From Fistulifera solaris (lineage: Eukaryota), in NCBI GenBank assembly GCA_030295235.1, contig AP026126.1, forward strand, positions 558,001-622,000: a stretch of 64,000 bases of DNA. The letters run 5' to 3'. Under the pieces are notes generated by a model, which was not told the origin of the DNA, did not search any database, and saw only the letters and a program-made list of their open reading frames with translations. Shown here piece by piece: positions 38,468 through 51,060 of this stretch (its first letter is position 1; each line of letters begins with the position of its first letter). The position numbers and the translations under genes were made by a program.

Positions 38468-38915
38468 TTGTAATTTTACAAAGTAATCCATAGCAAGTCT
38501 TTCAGTTTGATAAAACTGTGGTTCTCTAGAGCCCTAATGAGGTTTTCCAGTCTAGTTTTATCATTTCAATCGACGAGACCTCGTAATCATAGTCTAGATG
38601 ATGCGGTGATGTCAGAGAACACGTGAAACACTCGTGAATTGGTTCCTCAATCATGAGTCAGTTGCAGTGACGCCGGTTTCCTGCGTCTTGGATTTGAAGT
38701 ATTGGTACTATTTCGCTGTAGATTCAATTTCTGCTCCAGAACGACGCGTGGTTGCATTTTTGACTTTCGAGATCTGACTCGAAGACAAAAACGACCATCT
38801 GGCTCAATCGAATTCGACTTCATTCCTCCCGTTCTCCCTATTATACTTGATATCTATTGAGCTACACAATCGGATCACAAATTAACACAAATGCGCTGCA
38901 GGAGAAGTTAAAAGT

Positions 38916-41900
38916 ATGTTTCCATCACCCGATAAGAAGAAAAGAAGCCTGTTTTGGCTTCTGGCAGTGGCTCATTTATTCGCATTACCGTTCGCATCTC
39001 CTTTTGCGAATGCTGGTCAGCAAACACTTCCGCAACGAGAACCCAGAGAATCGTTTCAACACACTGGTCACGTGAAATCGAATCGCAATCAATTCACGAG
39101 GCTCTTTCAAGCTCTCGATGGCACCCAACCTACATCGAAAACGTCAAGCTGGAAAAAGCTAGGTCGATTCATTTTTAGTTCCAAAGAAAGCTCGAATAGT
39201 CCTTTAAAAGAAGGAGAGGGCGCATCAAAAGTTTCGCTTCTTTCGCGGTTATTTTTCAATCATGTAACGCCATTGGTGCAAAAGGCGTCGACTCATAGAC
39301 TTGACCAAACCGACGCTTATCATGTCACTGCTGAGGGAAAAATGGGGTCTGCCGTTACCAGCTTTAGTCGAGTTCATGAATTAACGAAACTATCAACTAC
39401 ACAAAAGCTTCGTGGCAAAGGAAAAGACCCGACAACAGTCGATTCTCAGGCCCTCATGTTGGGAAAAGCGCTACTACTTTTTACACGTCGCAATTTGTTT
39501 TTGACGGGGACGTTGCGTTTTCTCAATACGGCCGTACAAGCATTCCCTGCCATTCTCGTCTCCCGGCTGTTGCGTTTGGTGGAAGCCGGCACGGCTTCTC
39601 CTCCTCAAAAAAGCATTTGTGGCGGTCGCGTCGCTCATTTTTGTCTTGACAGTAAAAACAGTGCTGGAAAATGCGTACTTTGATCTCGTCGTGCGGACGG
39701 CCATGCAGGTGAGAGGCATTTTGGCGGGAATGATCTTTGATAAAAGTATGCGCCTTTCCAGCACCGGAGTTATAGTGCCGGCTAAGGGTGCAAATTCCAC
39801 GGTGGGAACGGGTGAAGTCATAAATCTCATGCAGAGTGATACGAGTCTCGTGGAATCGTTTGCCACGCAAATTCATACAACGTGGGAGTAAGTTTTTTCT
39901 TATTGTTGCAAGGCATGCTTGGAAAAGTTAGTTTATCTCACAGTATGTGATTGTCATTTAAGTGGCCCACTTCAGATTGCACTCTACACGGCCTTACTTT
40001 ATAAATATTTGGGCTCATCTGTATTTTGGGGTATGGGCGTTCTTTTGGTTTCGATCCCCATCAACAGTATTGGATTGAGAGTATTGAATCGATTAACGCG
40101 AAGCGAAATAGCGGCAAGAGATGCCAGAACGAAACGGACGGCCGAGTCCATTACTAATATGAAACTTCTCAAACTGCAAGGATGGGACGAACGATTTGCT
40201 CAAGGTATCAGGGAACATCGTAAGGAAGAATTAGGGCGTATGGTGAAAAAGGGTGTGATTAGAGCCCTTTTGACGGCTTACAGCTCAGGAGTACCGTCTC
40301 TTGTCCTGGTGGTGACTTTGTTAGCATACGTCCGACAATCACCGAACTTGGTCGCGAGCACCATTTTTACGGCCATCTCTTTGTTCAACCAGCTTCGATA
40401 TCCTCTTTTCTTTTTTCCAATGTATATTGATAGTGCAGCCAACGCCAGGCAGGCTCTACACCGCATTGCGAGCTATTTGGCCTCGGAAGAAAACGTCCGA
40501 TACGTCAGCCATCAACCACCTATTTCCGTTTCGCCGGGTTGTCCAATGGGTGGGTCGATTGAAATTTCTGATGGAAACTTTCTGTGGTCCAGCGAATCAA
40601 CACACGATGAAAAACATGGGGCACCGGCTCTGGCTGGCGTTAATTTCAAAGCGAACCCAGGGGAGATTGTTGCGGTCGTTGGAACTGTAGGCAGTGGCAA
40701 AAGTGCGATCATCAAAGCCTTACTTGGTGAATTAAAGCCTGTTCCGAGTATCGTCCTAGAGCAAGCAATAACAAACGAAAACGAAAAAGACAAATTTTCG
40801 AAGAACCCCAGTGCATCGGACAGACCTAGAGTTGTCATGCACGGGAATGTGGCCTATTGCTCGCAGGAGGCATGGCTTCCGAAAGGATCGATACGTGACG
40901 CCATTGTTTTTGGAAGAGAATTTGACGAGGAACGATACAATGCAGCGATTAGAGAAGCTGGGCTAGACAGAGATTTATCGTTTCCTTCGAATAATCAATC
41001 ATCACAGTCAACCAGTGTTCTTAGTCACGACACTGATGTCGGTGAAGGAGGCTCGTCTCTTTCTGGTGGACAACGTGCAAGAGTTGCTCTTGCACGTGCA
41101 CTCTACAGTGCAGATGATACAAAGGTATTTCTTTTAGATGATTGCCTTGCTGCTTTAGATGCAAGCGTGGGATCTATGGTGTTCGAGCGGCTTAGCGCGA
41201 GGCTGAGAAGAACGAACTCAGTTGCAATATTAGTCACAAACGACCCGTCCATACCTCGCCGCTGTGATCGTACAATCTTAATGGGCAAAGTGGCAGCATC
41301 CTCTTCCTGTTCAACGATTATTGACATTGGAACCTACGATCAATTAGAGGCCAGAGGACACAATCTTCGGAGTGTAACGACGACTGATCTGAAGGAGATT
41401 GGCGATGGTTCTGATGAAGAACTCTTGAACGCAGAACAAGATACGCTCGTTTTTACTTCAAGTCATAACGAAATTGCCTCAAGTACGGATCCCATCGAAC
41501 TTCGTTGTCTCGGCGAAAACATCGTTTCGAACGCCACTGATGATTGTCACCCGGATCCTGAACGCTTTCAACTAATGGCGAATTGTCCTGACTACATGAA
41601 CGATGAATCGGCAATCGTTCATCAGGATCTGAGCAAATGGGATGGTATTAAGGTTGAGCTTTACGCTTCTAACGAAACGCAGGGGGAATCAACTGCATAC
41701 TCCGTCCCATCGACATCAGAAAAAGGTGCAACATCACTGACAAGTACAATCAAATCAGCCGATGACTCAATGTCTGTCGGTGCAGTCCCGCTCTCAGTTT
41801 ACGTGTCCTATTTTAAAGCAGTGAGAAAGCCTATTCTTTTACTTTTCATGATCGCCTCCTTCTTTATGTCTAATGGGGCTTCTTTCTACCAGCAATATAC

Positions 41901-43672
41901 GGTTGCAAAGTGGACGGAAATACCGAACTTGAGCAATGCAATTTCTCTAAAATATATGCAGAAAATGGTGAAGGCGGCATGGGCTGTGTCCGGCTTTCTC
42001 TTTCTTCGAAGTTTTCTTTCAATGCAAATGGGAATTCGTGCTTCAGAACACCTTCACTCTCAGATGCTATCTTCCGTTTTTGCCGCAACAACCTCATTCT
42101 TCGACAGCACGCCGAGTGGTCAGCTATTAGCTCGCTTTGGAAAGGAAATGGAAACTGTTGATCGTGGGGTGCCTGAGAGTATCAGCTCCGTACTATTCTG
42201 CTTTCTCAACATTTTCATGTCTGTGGCCGCGCTTGCTGGCGTAATCACACCTGGGATGCTTGTTCCACTCGGTGCTGTGACTTTCCTCTACATAAAAGCT
42301 ATGGCATTGTATCGGCCAGCTGCTCGTGATTTGAAACGGGCTGAAACTAAGACACGATCTCCCGTTTATACGCACTTCGCCGAATCTCTTCGCGGAAAGG
42401 ATATCATTAGATCTATTCCTGGTGCTCGACAGCGCTGGGCGGAATACCACAGGACTCTCATTGATAAAAACCTCGAGGTGTTCGCCACTGTAAAAATATT
42501 GGATCGATGGTTATCTACCCGCCTGGAGACTCTTGGCAATTCGGTTGTATTGACAGCTGCCGTAGCTGCCGTGTTGTTAACGAGGGCTGGGAGACTTCAG
42601 GCTGGTTTGGCCGGTTGGGGCCTTACTCAGTCCCTAGCCATTACCGGACTAATGACTTGGGCAGTCAGGGTTCTGACCGACATGGAAGGTAATTTTCTGA
42701 GTGTTTTGCGAGTTAAAGAGTTGACACAAATAGGTAGTGAAGTAGATGCTGGTTCCTCAGCGACGATGCTCAGAGAATTATCAAATCCGGGAGAAGCACT
42801 GCGTCCATTACTTCCACCAATGACCTCCCAGAAGAACCTCGCCCCCTTAATTCTACAAGCTTGATACACAGTGGATGGCCATGGCGCGGCAACGTACAAT
42901 TTACAAATGTCTCTATGAAGTATAATGCCTTTTCAAAGCTGGTTTTAAAAGGAGTCACACTGACTGTTCCTGCGGGGTCCACTCTCGGAATTGTTGGTCG
43001 CACGGGCTCCGGTAAAAGTAGCCTGTTACTGACTTTATTCAGGCTCGTGGAAATCGAAGAAAACGGCAGTATAGAGATAGATGGAGTGGATATTCGTTCT
43101 GTTGGACTGAAAGAACTTCGTCAATCATTAGCTATCATTCCACAAGACCCTGTCTTATTTTCTGGCTCAATCGCTTACAATCTTGATGCGACTGGAACAT
43201 CGACAACAGAAGAAATGTGGACTGCTCTTGAAGCTGCGTCGCCAACGCTTGCTATCCAGTTCCGAAAAATGCAAGGACTTGCTACAGCAGTCACCGAAGG
43301 TGGTAAGAATCTTAGCCTTGGGCAGAGGCAACTTGTCTGCTTAGCCAGAGCTTTATTACGAAGGAGTCGTGTCCTCATTCTGGACGAGGCCACGAGCAGC
43401 GTCGACTCGACTACAGATCGAGAAGTACAAGAAACAATACGAAGGGAGTTTGTGAATAAAGGTGTAACTGTCATTACAGTTGCCCATCGTCTTGACACAG
43501 TTCTTGGATATGACAAGATAGCTGTTTTGGGCGACGGAGAATTGCTCGAGTATGGTGCCCCCAATAGTTTGTTGCTCAACCAAAAGGTGAGCTTCGTCGC
43601 TTAGTCGATGCTGACCGACAGAACAAACGCAAAGGCTCTAGAAGACCGATCGCTTCCGTTCCTGCGAACTAA
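38916..43672 (+). CDS. ABC transporter subfamily C (MRP-like), full length; intron 39888..39962; apparent frameshifts near 39608-39613, 42842-42846 and 43582-43585
   Basis: Two TMD-NBD halves: GTVGSGKS / LSGGQRARVALARA / LLDD and GRTGSGKSS / LSLGQRQLVCLARA / ILDEATSSVD; also FFDSTPSGQLLARF and IIPQDPVLFSG. Confidence 0.93.
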
Positions 43673-44012
43673 CAAGTCCAAGGTCAGGAACCGCTATGGT
43701 TCACCAACTTACTGCTACACAATTAAGTTAATACGGCATAATAGATTACACAATTGGTTGCGTCCTCTGTAGATGGAGCCGATTCGTTTTGGATCATCTC
43801 TGGTGTGAATACATACTTGAGCTTCATGGTATTGATTTAACCATCTTCAAGGTAAGATGAGTTTTTGGTACCAGTAGCTGCTAATGCTCGTTCTTAGTAG
43901 ACTTGGGACACCTCGCCATTTTCGGATTGTTACCCTCTCTACCTGGTAGCTCTAGCCAAGGCAATGATTGCCTTGGCTCTAGCTCGATGCATTTAATATT
44001 TACATTAAGAAG

Positions 44013-44194
44013 GATTCTTTCACAAACCAGCGCATTTCCCGGTGACTTTCACAAACTAGCCAGTAGGCCCTTTGACTTTGGTATTATCGCAAACAGATAG
44101 AGGAAGGCCCCTCAACCTAAACAGCCTACCAGGTAAGAACAAAAAGCTGCTTTGTGAAAAGTAATCCGGAATTGAGCTGGTTTGTGAAAGTATC
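44013..44194. mobile_element. Putative MITE-like element (about 180 bp) with imperfect terminal inverted repeats of about 45 bp
   Basis: 44017-44060 CTTTCACAAACCAGCgcatttcccggtgaCTTTCACAAACTAGC is the approximate reverse complement of 44146-44190, and the outer 15 nt match exactly. No ORF and no clear target-site duplication. Confidence 0.45.
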
Positions 44195-44491
44195 TCTCAC
44201 ATTAGGGCTAAGGTTCATATGTTTGGTCATTTTCCCGTGTCAAGTAACCTTAACAGTCTGAAATGATAAATGCTAATATGAAGGTGCGACACTTACATCC
44301 TACTTACTATATAAAAAAGTTGTTTACGGTCGTTAGTAAAATTCTTATATACAACATACAGACTCTAAAATATTCATATAAAATTTGAAAGCGACGGAAA
44401 ATTGTCTCGCATTTGCATCGATCTCACCTCCCCAGCCTCTTTTCTTTACTCCACCGCTTGACCACTTGGTTGCTTCATTTTTGCAGTGAAC

Positions 44492-47400
44492 ATGGACACC
44501 ATGGAAGAAACAACACCCGTTAAGGAGGTTTTCCAGTCTGCCGGAGAGATGGGGATTGAACCTCCTTCCCGTCTGATGATCACGAAAATCGTAGGTAGCC
44601 GCACCTTTCTGTTCGTCTGCTGTTGTCAAATGACTAACATTCTCATGTTCGGTCTCGTAGGAACTTGAAAATTTCAAAAGCTATGCTGGCGTGAGGGAAA
44701 TCGGACCTTTTCACAGCAACTTTTCGGCTGTCGTGGGCCCTAACGGGAGCGGCAAGTCAAACGTGATCGATGCCATGCTTTTTGTCTTTGGAAAGCGTGC
44801 CAAAAAGCTCCGTCTCAACAAGGTTTCCGAGCTTATTCACAACAGTGACGCAGTGAAAGACAATCCGCCTACATCTGCTAGAGTTTCTGTTTACTTCCAA
44901 GAAATTGTTGACACAGGACCAGATCAGTATCGCGTCATCCCGAACACCGATACTGTTGTGACCCGAATCGCGCGGAAAGACAACTCCTCGACGTACAAAA
45001 TCGACGGGAAAAACTGCCAGTTTAAGGAGGTTGCTACCTACTTGGAAACGAAGGGGATTGATTTAGATAACAACCGATTTCTGATTTTGCAAGGAGAGGT
45101 GGAGATGATTTCCATGATGCCGCCGAAGGGTAAAACGGAGCACGACGAAGGACTTTTGGAGTACCTCGAGGATATTATTGGAAGCAACAAGTTTGTCGAG
45201 GAGACGAATTTAGCAGCGGAAAAAGTAGAGGCTCTCACTGGACAGCGAAGCGAAAAGCTCAATCGCGTGAAAGCGGCTGAGAAGGAGAAGGACGCTCTGG
45301 AATCTGCTAAGGTGGAGGCGGAGCAACTGTTGGGCATCGAGCGAGAAATACGTCGTCAAAAAAATATTCTGTATCAAATCAATCAACTGCAAGTCGATCG
45401 AGAAGCGGCGAAGCTCAACGAAGAGAGAGAAAACGTTCAAAGCCAAATTCAGGCTCTTGGAGAAGACCTCCGAGCATCCAACGATCGTATCAAAGAAATC
45501 GAAAGCGGTCTCTCAGAACAAAGAAAGGAATACGAGCAAATCTATGACGAGCTTACAAAGACAAAGGAAGAGTTTGCCGCTTATGAACGTCGTGATATCA
45601 AGGTTAGGGAAGAGATCAAACACTTCAAGAAACAAAAGAAGTCTCTCCAAGCCAAGATATCAAGCGAAGCCGAGAAAGAGGCCACTGCCGTAGCCAAAGG
45701 CAAGGAAGCTGAGGAGACTATTCCCAAAATAGAGCAGGCAATCTTTGATATCAAAGAAAGTAAGGCAGTGGAAGACGAGAAGCTAGAGAAAATCTACGAC
45801 GAGATAAAGGGTATTACGCTGAATCTTCGTACCGACCTGGACCAAAAAACGCAGGAGCTTGCCCCAATTCTTCAAGAAAAGGCAACTCTTCAGGCTTCTC
45901 TTGAGACTGCTGAGACGGAAGCTAAACTCTTACAAGACTCTGCCAAGCGTGCAAAAGAGAGATTGGAAGCGTCCGAAGAGGAACTCGCATCCTTGGATGA
46001 AGTACAAGGACAAAAAAGTCGTCAAAAAGAGGAATGTGAGATGGCGTTGCAAGAAGCGAAAGACCGAATCGTTGCCGCTGAATCGGAACAAGCTACACTC
46101 AAGGGTCAAGAAGAGAAACTAGCAGCAAAGGTAAAACGCTCCATGGTAAGTCTAATTACTTTATGACTGATGTTGCTAAAAAATCAACATTTACTCACTG
46201 TGTTTTCCTCAGGCTCGTCTAGAAGAGACGAAGCATGCACTCCAATCAAAAGGCGGAAATCGCTCTCCCGTTGTGCGTGATATCTTGAAAGCGACAGCAA
46301 AAGGTGGAGAGCTTGAAAAATGCGGGGTTTTGGGCCGTCTCGGAGACTTGGCAACAATTCCGGAAAAGTATGACGTAGCAGTCTCAACTGCGTGCGGCAT
46401 GCTCGATCACATTGTTGTCCATACAACTTCCGGTGCTCAGAAATGTCTAGAATTTTTGAGAAAGCATAATCTTGGTCGTGCTAACTTCATTCCGTTAGAC
46501 AAGATGAAAAAGGGAGCCCACGATCAAGTAGTCAGCACGCCAGAAAATGCACCGCGTTTGATGGACTTGATTGCTCCAAGCAATTTCGCCGTCACCCCCG
46601 CTATTTACCTTGCTGTCGCAAACACGCTCGTTGCCCCGGATCTAGAAGTAGCCACTCGATGGGCATATGATTATGGAAAGCGTTGGCGGGTAGTCACCGT
46701 AGATGGTAAGCTCATCGACACTGCCGGTACCATGTCTGGAGGCGGAAAGAGCGTCCGCAAAGGTGGAATGAAGATATCGGTACGTACGCTTTCTACGTTC
46801 ATCGTCACTATGCATATTGAAGTCGCTCGTCTTATTTCAGTACTATCCAGAATGCCCGAGCGAGTGTTAACGACGAGGAAGAGGACGACATTGACACCAC
46901 TGACATCAAGAAGCTTGAAGAGGATGTTGACAAGGCAAAACACTATCTTAGCGAGTGCCGCTCGTCGATGAAGAAACTAGTCGATGAAATCAGAACTCTG
47001 CAAAAGCGAATCAAGGAGCTTGAAGTCAAGATTCCGAAGTTGGCGATGGAAGTTGAAGGATGCAACACCACTAGGTCGGAACTAACTAAGCTCATCCCGC
47101 ATCTTCGTCAAGAGTGTGAGCTGAGCGACGCTGATAAGGACAAATTAAAGAAGTTTCTTCATAAGGTTGACGCGTGCAGATCAGATGTTGACGGATGTGC
47201 CAAGATGGCTTCCAAATTAGAAAAAGAAGTCGCGCGCCTTCAGAGGGCGATTCTCGACGCTGGTGGACCTGCTTTGAAATCCCAAAAGGCGACATGCGAA
47301 AACCTTTTGGAAGAACTAGAGGCACTCGAGAAATCTCTGAAGTCAGCTCAAGTAGCAATCGGTGCATCCTCAAAAGCAGCTGAGAAGGCTCGGAAAGCAA

Positions 47401-48754
47401 GAGAGAGTGCCGAAGCCCAAATGGAAGAGTGTCTTAAAAGTGCCGAAGAAAAACAGCAGGAATACGAGTTGCTCGAGAAAGATGCATTTGAAGTGATGCA
47501 GGCCTACGAAAAAGTGAAGGTGATTGAAGAAGAGAAACGTATTAAGCTTGAGGAAGCATCCCAAGAGTGTGAAGAATTGAAAAAAGCGTTATCGTCAGCC
47601 AAATGCGCCGAAGTGGACTTGGCTGGGCAAATGGATGCTCTTAAAAAGCAGATTCGCGAGTGTGCTTCCAAGAAACAGCACTGGGAGCAGGAGCTAGCGA
47701 AGCTCCAGAAAGCGGCTGACGAAGACGACTACTTTTTACCTGAGGACCAGATTGACAAAGACGAAGAACATGATGAAGGTACTTCTGACGAAGAGATGCC
47801 TGACTGCAATGAAGCCAAGGACGACGATGCTGGTACTAGCACCCAGACCTCCCTTCCTCAGTACGCCCCAGACATTCTTGATCGACACGGAAAAGAGAAA
47901 ATCAAGGAAAGAATTCAAGTTCTGGAAACCGAGCGGACCGACATCGCCAAAAATGCCAACATGGGCGCCATTGCAGAGTATCGAAAAAAAGAAGCTGACT
48001 ACTTGTCAAAGTAAGTGCGAGGCAAATGAGTCAAAAACATTGCATCACTAGCCCTCACAATTGCTATCACTTTCTATCCAGGGTGGCTGAGCTAGATGTT
48101 GTTACGGAAGAAAGAATTGAAGCACGTCGGCACCATGAAGACCTTCGACGCCAGCGCATGGAAATGTTCATGGACGGTTTTGGAAAGATTACTTTGAAGC
48201 TCAAAGAGATGTACCAGATGATCACGCTTGGTGGTGATGCCGAATTAGAGTTGGTGGACTCACTTGATCCGTTTTCTGAAGGAATTGTGTTCTCAGTCAG
48301 ACCACCGAAAAAATCTTGGAAAAATATTTCGAATCTGTCCGGTGGCGAGAAGACTTTGTCGTCTTTAGCGCTTGTTTTCGCACTGCATCACTTTAAGCCC
48401 ACCCCCTTGTACGTCATGGACGAAATTGACGCTGCTCTTGACTTCAAGAACGTCTCCATTGTTGCAAATTATGTCAAAGAAAGAACAAAGAATGCTCAGT
48501 TCATTATAATTTCGCTGCGTAACAACATGTTCGAGCTGGCTGACCGTTTGGTCGGTATTTACAAAACGAACAACTGCACAAAGTCAGTTACCATCAATCC
48601 CCGCTCTTTTGGTGTCCAAGGACAGCAAAATGGATATGTTCCAGCCACGCCAGCCTTGAAGGACCGCAGCAATAAATCTACAATCGGGTCCTCAGTTGTC
48701 AAGACCATCGAGCGCACAACGACGATCAATGCTAGCTTGGAGACCGCTGCTTAA
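44492..48754 (+). CDS. SMC4: Condensin subunit SMC4; introns 44591..44660, 46146..46212, 46780..46850 and 48011..48081
   Basis: LENFKSYAG, VVGPNGSGKSNVIDAMLFVFGKRAKKLR, hinge GRLGDL..GTMSGGG, LSGGEKTLSSLAL, YVMDEIDAALD. All four introns are GT-AG and preserve the frame. Confidence 0.97.
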
Positions 48755-49677
48755 GCTCGTCTAAGTCTTTATCTATTTAGTGAGAAGTTTGTTTTTATAA
48801 CGTAATTTATTACAGTAATCAGTGTTTTTTGAGGAGTGACGACTCACGATCCTAATTACTCCGTACTCCGTAATTTTATTCCCTAATTTCCTAGAGTCAG
48901 AATGCAATTTGACATTCGGACTGATTTTTTCGTTGTCCATTTTCATTTTCTCACAAATAGTTCAAGCTGGCCCCGTGCTGAGTAACTGAGTAAGCTCTCT
49001 AGAGCTACTAGAGAGCTAGTACTGGTAATGGGCGAGTCCTGTTTACTTGTTGAAACCAAGATTCGTCTGAGAGTTCTGCGTTACTCGATTTTTCATCTTT
49101 CAAGATTCAAGAATGAAGAACAACAAAGATCAAAGATCGCTTTCGGCGTCAAATAGTGATAGGGACGAGTGAATCTGTATTCCTCATCGAATCATTCACG
49201 ATGAGCAGGTAGTAGCGATGGGTGTATTAGAACATACCGTAGGTGAAGAGCTGATCAATGTTTTGTCTTTCATGGATTCCAACAATGGAAACGGCCAATC
49301 ATGAAGCTCGTGAGGCACTTGTCGCTTTTTGCACTGTAATTGATTGCGGTATAACTCTTCTCTGGCATTGCGGTCGAGATATCATTCTGCTCTGTTGAAC
49401 GCAAATCTTCAATGCAAAGGCAGTAACATCGAAGCAACCGTAGAGTGGCAAAAGTATGTCAATGCGGTCCTACAAACACCTTTTTGTTTGCAGTTGGGCA
49501 GAGGGGATAGTTACTATTCAACGTTCCGAAACGATATTGAGTAGATGCTCTCACTATATATTATCGAGTGAAAAGAACGCATAAGCGAAGAAATATCATT
49601 CATCACCGAATCCTTTGATAAAAAAATCGTGGTCTTCCAGATGCACCGTAAGCCCCAAGGCGCAGGCGGCCTGTCTC

Positions 49678-50022
49678 CACCACAGCATTCCAGTCATGAA
49701 TCAGGGTCGTTCCGAGCTATCAAACTGATATTAAAGCGCCGTTCGGTCTGCTGAAAGTGGTGAGCCATAATTAACTTAATCACATACTCCTTAGCATTTA
49801 TCTATAGCAACCTTTGCAATACATGCCTCGATTGTTTCCGTCGGGATCATATCTCTGGAAAACCGTTACTGTCTGTCGTGTGAACTATACTCTCAAAGTG
49901 TAAGCGACCTTTCTCCACGACTGCATTTCTGTCACGAATGAACGATCATTAATTTCTTTCTTTTTATGAACTATACTCTCAAAGTGAAGGCGACCTTTCT
50001 CCACGACTGCATTCCTGTCATG
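49678..50022 (+). repeat. Three dispersed palindrome copies (49678..49698; 49916..49936; 50002..50022)
   Basis: CACCACAG-CATTC-CAGTCATGAAT, CACGACTG-CATTT-CTGTCACGAAT and CACGACTG-CATTC-CTGTCATGAAT. Confidence 0.75.
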
Positions 50023-50036
50023 AATGAACGATCATT
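49881..50036 (+). repeat. Tandem duplication of a 70-bp unit (49881..49950 and 49967..50036)
   Basis: The copies differ at 4 of 70 positions, and each contains the CACGACTG-N5-CWGTCAYG palindrome. Confidence 0.9.
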
Positions 50037-50246
50037 GATCATAGATCGCAATCGCAATCGCAGAGACTAATTTTCATTGAAGGATAATAAGCTTCTATTC
50101 GTTTCGTCGCCAGCTTTTTGTTTGATAAACTCAGTGGCTGCATCTTATTCGCTGAACTGGATGAAGCACCTAGTATTGACGTGCTATTCGTTGTATTGTA
50201 CCCGACGCGCTTCGTCCTTCTTTTGCCGTCCAATCCAGACACTAGA

Positions 50247-51060
50247 ATGAAGAAACGAGTGCTTTCGACTAGAGCAACGGCGGAAACTGGGCTCACAAAG
50301 ATATCGGCTACTGTGACGGCTGCTAATGGTAACGATGGCAAAACAAGAAAGAAATCAAGACAAGCAGTGGAGGAGAGTATCACGGACGAAACCAGTGCCG
50401 GTGATTTCGTGTCGAACCCTTGGTACACTTTTTTCACAAAAGACGATGTCGAATACAACGAGTACATGGCAACCGAGTGGGGCTTTGAGCGCCGGGGAGA
50501 TGCTGCTCTCTTCGAAAAGATTTCTTTGGAGGGGGGCGCAAAGTGGGCTTTCATGGTTGACGGTACTTCGAAAGCGTCCGGCTTATCGAAAGGCGTTCTA
50601 CAATTTTGATCCGGCGAAAGTGGCGCTCATGACAGAGAATAATATACGAAAGCTCATTGATTTTCAGAGTGAGAATCCACGTGACCAGCTGGTTCGACAC
50701 CGAGAAAAAATTGAGTCGGTAATTAACAACGCGAAATGCATCGTTCAGTTGCGGGAGGAATTGTCGACGAAAGAGACGTCGTTCGGTGTGTTTGACGACC
50801 TACTCTGGTCGTTTGTGGACCACAAGCCCATTTTAAATCGTTGTAGCCTGTCACAGCTGCCATCGAAAAGCCCAGAGAGCGAAGCAATGAGCAAGGCACT
50901 CAAAAAGAGGGGTTTCAAGTTTGTCGGTCCGACGACCTGCTACTCGATGATGCAAGCGATCGGAATGGTGATCGATCATCCAATGGATAGTCCCGAATGG
51001 TTGGCGGCTCACGAACGATTGAAACAGAGGCCCGGTGGGTTTCAGGAGAGATCGCCTTGA
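50247..51060 (+). CDS. tag: DNA-3-methyladenine glycosylase I (TAG family); apparent frameshift in G6 near 50531-50536
   Basis: EWG, LFEKISLEGAQSGLSWLTVLRKR, FYNFDP, VRHREKIESVINNA, MSKALKKRGFKFVGPTTCYSMMQAIGMVIDH. Confidence 0.92.

Noticed and set aside
48800..49870. Hidden gene or transposon in the gap after SMC4
   Set aside because: Only a 66-aa ORF with a non-ATG start and no motifs; no transposase or reverse transcriptase signature.
49678..50036. Palindromic repeats as a CRISPR array
   Set aside because: The context is eukaryotic, there are no cas genes, each locus has only 2-3 copies, and the spacing is far from regular 30-40-nt spacers.
211..50536. Programmed ribosomal frameshifting or mass pseudogenisation
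   Set aside because: The shifts go in both directions, share no slippery motif, sit in homopolymers and are not accompanied by nonsense codons.
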